Part shown: positions 61,401 to 64,000 of the stretch, piece by piece
Numbering within the stretch: the first letter of the stretch is position 1
How the letters are laid out: each line of letters begins with the position of its first letter
NCBI GenBank assembly: GCA_036172245.1
Contig: JAYWIR010000025.1
Location: forward strand, 2,852,001-2,916,000
Direction: 5' to 3'
Origin: Raillietiella orientalis
Lineage: Eukaryota
DNA: 64,000 nucleotides
Translations under genes and position numbers: made by a program
The notes under the pieces: generated by a model
The model's database searches: none
What the model saw: only the letters and a program-made list of their open reading frames with translations
Told to the model about the DNA's origin: nothing

Positions 61401-63630
61401 AATGGGTCGTTTTTTGTCAAGAAAGAAGGGAAACCCAAAATCCCTCAAAAGTACGCGGGAATTTCGATATCAGAAAATCGACTGAGGTGCGTTATACATT
61501 ACGCTGATTTCGAAGTGATCAGTTGATACATGGATTCTGTTTCGTAAGCGTTTAAGGTAGATTACACAGCAGGAAGGACGGGTGTACTGCCGAAAAATCG
61601 GTACTCGGGGACGGAGGACAAAAATGGGAGTTGAAAAGTGGGGATCCGTCCTCCATCTCAACAGTCGTCAGGACAGAAGAGAAGCCTTCGACTTTTTCAG
61701 CTCCGATGATCATCAGCTTCAGATACAGCAGGGAGTGTTCATCAAACACTAAAGTTTGTAGAGAAGCTAGAAGAATGGACTGCTCGTTAATAAGATTGTC
61801 GGTGCGTACAATCACAAAAATTTGCTAAAAAAACTGATTATGGAAGTTTGCTCTTAATTTGCTTAGCAATCATTCAAATTGGTATGAACAACCATTGACC
61901 AGTTGATCATGGATGAATAACTCAAATCATTACCTGTTACTAAGCAATTTTATGTAGAAAAACAAGTACTGAAATTGTGGGAGCTGAAAAACGAATTTTT
62001 CGATTCTAGAATTTGCTATTCTTTAAAATAAAACTTGTATTTATTATGCACTGAAGATTGCGATTATAATAAGCTGGTTATGGAATTCATGGTTATATAA
62101 TTATCCTAAAGAGATTTCCAAGTGCCAATTTACGATTAGGTTCGAAAGAAATCCCACGTTTAAATGGGCCGAATTCAAATTGAACTCCCATTCATTCTCG
62201 AGTCTTTGGATATTAATGAAACGTCATTTTTCGAATTCTCTGTTTTGGCTGTTTTAATGACTCGTGTTTTTAGAAACCGCTTGAATCCATTTACTTTCCG
62301 ATCAGTTTCCGTTCACACTTCAGCTCATTTTTTCTTGAATCATAACTCACCAATGATTCATTAATGACCACATCAAGAAGTTATTTAGTCCCGAATGTGT
62401 CCTGCATCCGGTTTTATTAGCCAGACTCATCTGTATCTCCTTCAGTTTACAGTTTACTCCTCTCTGGCCAATTCAGCTCCGATTTTTAGATAAGAGGCCA
62501 GCCGTTTTTGGAAGGAATGCCATCGTCTTGACCAAAGCTACTTCTTTTTAGTGATGCATCCTTTGACAATTCATGCATTTCTTCTTTTCCTTTCATCAGG
62601 CATCCACATTTCGTCTTGAGGTTCGTCTTGATAGCCAAAGGTTTCCAAGTCATTAATTAGACATTCCCGAATAACATCATTAGAGGGAAGTGAAACGTGA
62701 GCGTGAGCGTGGTCAACAAGTAAGACAGAAGTCATCAGCAGACCACATAAAAATCAGACCTAGCATCGTGGTCTTCAGATCCAATCGTAGAGAAGATGGA
62801 TCGCATTTCCATTTCTTGTACTCATGTTTTTGTTCGATTCATATTTTGCTGATGGGGAGCGTATGTGCTATCTTTGCGCTCCTCCATAAACTAAGATGAT
62901 TATGGGCCAAAGGAAGGTAGGGACTGATGGCACGAAAAGAAAGATTTCGATCCATCTGTATTTTTCATTCAAGAGCTTCAGTTGGATAATATTCCATCAT
63001 GCCATCAAATCTCTGCAGGCCGGAGGCTTTTCTGGTATTCCATAATCTTGGAATGTCCTCGATTGCTCTTCATTTTCTCAGTATGGCTGTGATTTTTTGT
63101 ATCTTCCTGAAATTATATCTACTATATGTCTGATACTTGGTCCGATTTAAAAATTTGAAATCACCTTGGCTCCATTCACGAGTAGCTGAGGTCGTTCTCC
63201 GTAATGTGAAGAAGCTCACTCCTCTTTATGAATTCTCAAGAACCGACTTTCCGATGCATCGAAGTATTGTCTTGATCGATTCTATTTTAGCTGTTTAACA
63301 CTGATCCATCCCTCTTAAAAAATCTGAATATGGTTTCATCTCTTTTCAAAGATCTGCATTAGAAGTCGCCTTCCGGTATCATTAAAGAGAATGTTCCTTC
63401 TTCCAAGCAACTTAGCAAATATAAGAGTAATTCTGAAGGCAAAAACACATCGAAAAATCAGAAAATTCTCCATTTTTTTTTTAAAAAAAAAACGTAATTT
63501 GATTTTTTTAATGTTCAAAATGAGTGCAGGAGTGCCCAGTTTCCAACTTTTATTTTACATTGTTTTTGCATTCAAAGCGGAAAACAGGTGTAGTGATTCT
63601 TTTCTTCTTTATGAAAAGAAGTTCCCAGCT

Positions 63631-64000
63631 TTAAAACAATTGAAGAAACTCCTCAGTCTGTATCCTTAGTGTTTTCCACAAGCTCCGAATCGCTAATAGA
63701 GAGGCCTCATTAAAAATCGAAGTAGCACTGAAATTATAGAGTGCTTACAGTCTCAATCTCAATTGGTGTTTTCCGTGTACAAACCTAACCGCAGATCTCC
63801 GTATGGCTCTAGCAGCGGTTTTGTACCTCTGTTCATTTACCTGATTTTCTTCATACTGGAATTTGCAGTCAGAGAGTACATTCCACTGCACTCCGTTGGT
63901 CCAGTGCTACCGGGACTGCCTGTTGCGTTGTCTCTAGTAAAATTCAGATTGGCGCGTCTGCTCTGATTCCAGGAATTTGTTCCAACTGAAAAGTTCTTCA
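63631..64000 (-). CDS. Possible terminal exons of a gene that starts beyond the window end
   Basis: An open frame from 63998 to 63841 ends at a cag|gtaaat donor. The acceptor tttcag|t at 63727 continues in phase to TAA at 63631 (SATSIFNEASLLAIRSLWKTLRIQTEEFLQLF*). No recognised domain. Confidence 0.3.

Noticed and set aside
62160..63420. Purine-rich coding-like stretches on the minus strand
   Set aside because: Frequent stops in all frames and no identifiable family; possibly a decayed pseudogene, but unsupported.

Overview
Eukaryotic (metazoan, probably an arthropod or other invertebrate; this is inference) genomic DNA in two compartments. Positions ~1-37 kb are GC-rich and filled with decayed non-LTR retrotransposons (L1/Tx1-like APE, RT, zf-RVT and ORF1 remnants in both orientations, plus an RLE-type remnant). 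This compartment also holds a near-perfect 924-bp inverted duplication and copies of a tRNA-headed SINE-like element that carries an internal array of ~40-nt hairpins. Positions ~37-64 kb are AT-richer and contain compact genes with 40-56 nt introns: a 6-exon p53-family gene (minus, 357 aa), a 5-exon alpha/epsilon-sarcoglycan gene (plus, 344 aa) and a 6-exon NELF-A gene (minus, 493 aa). Three observations stand out. (1) The sarcoglycan and NELF-A coding sequences overlap antisense by 170 nt. (2) A spliced ~96-aa upstream ORF lies in frame with the sarcoglycan ORF, separated only by TGA-CTC. (3) The Pol III-type SINE family carries a hairpin array. All gene models were built by hand from GT-AG signals and reading-frame phase. 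No database searches were run.
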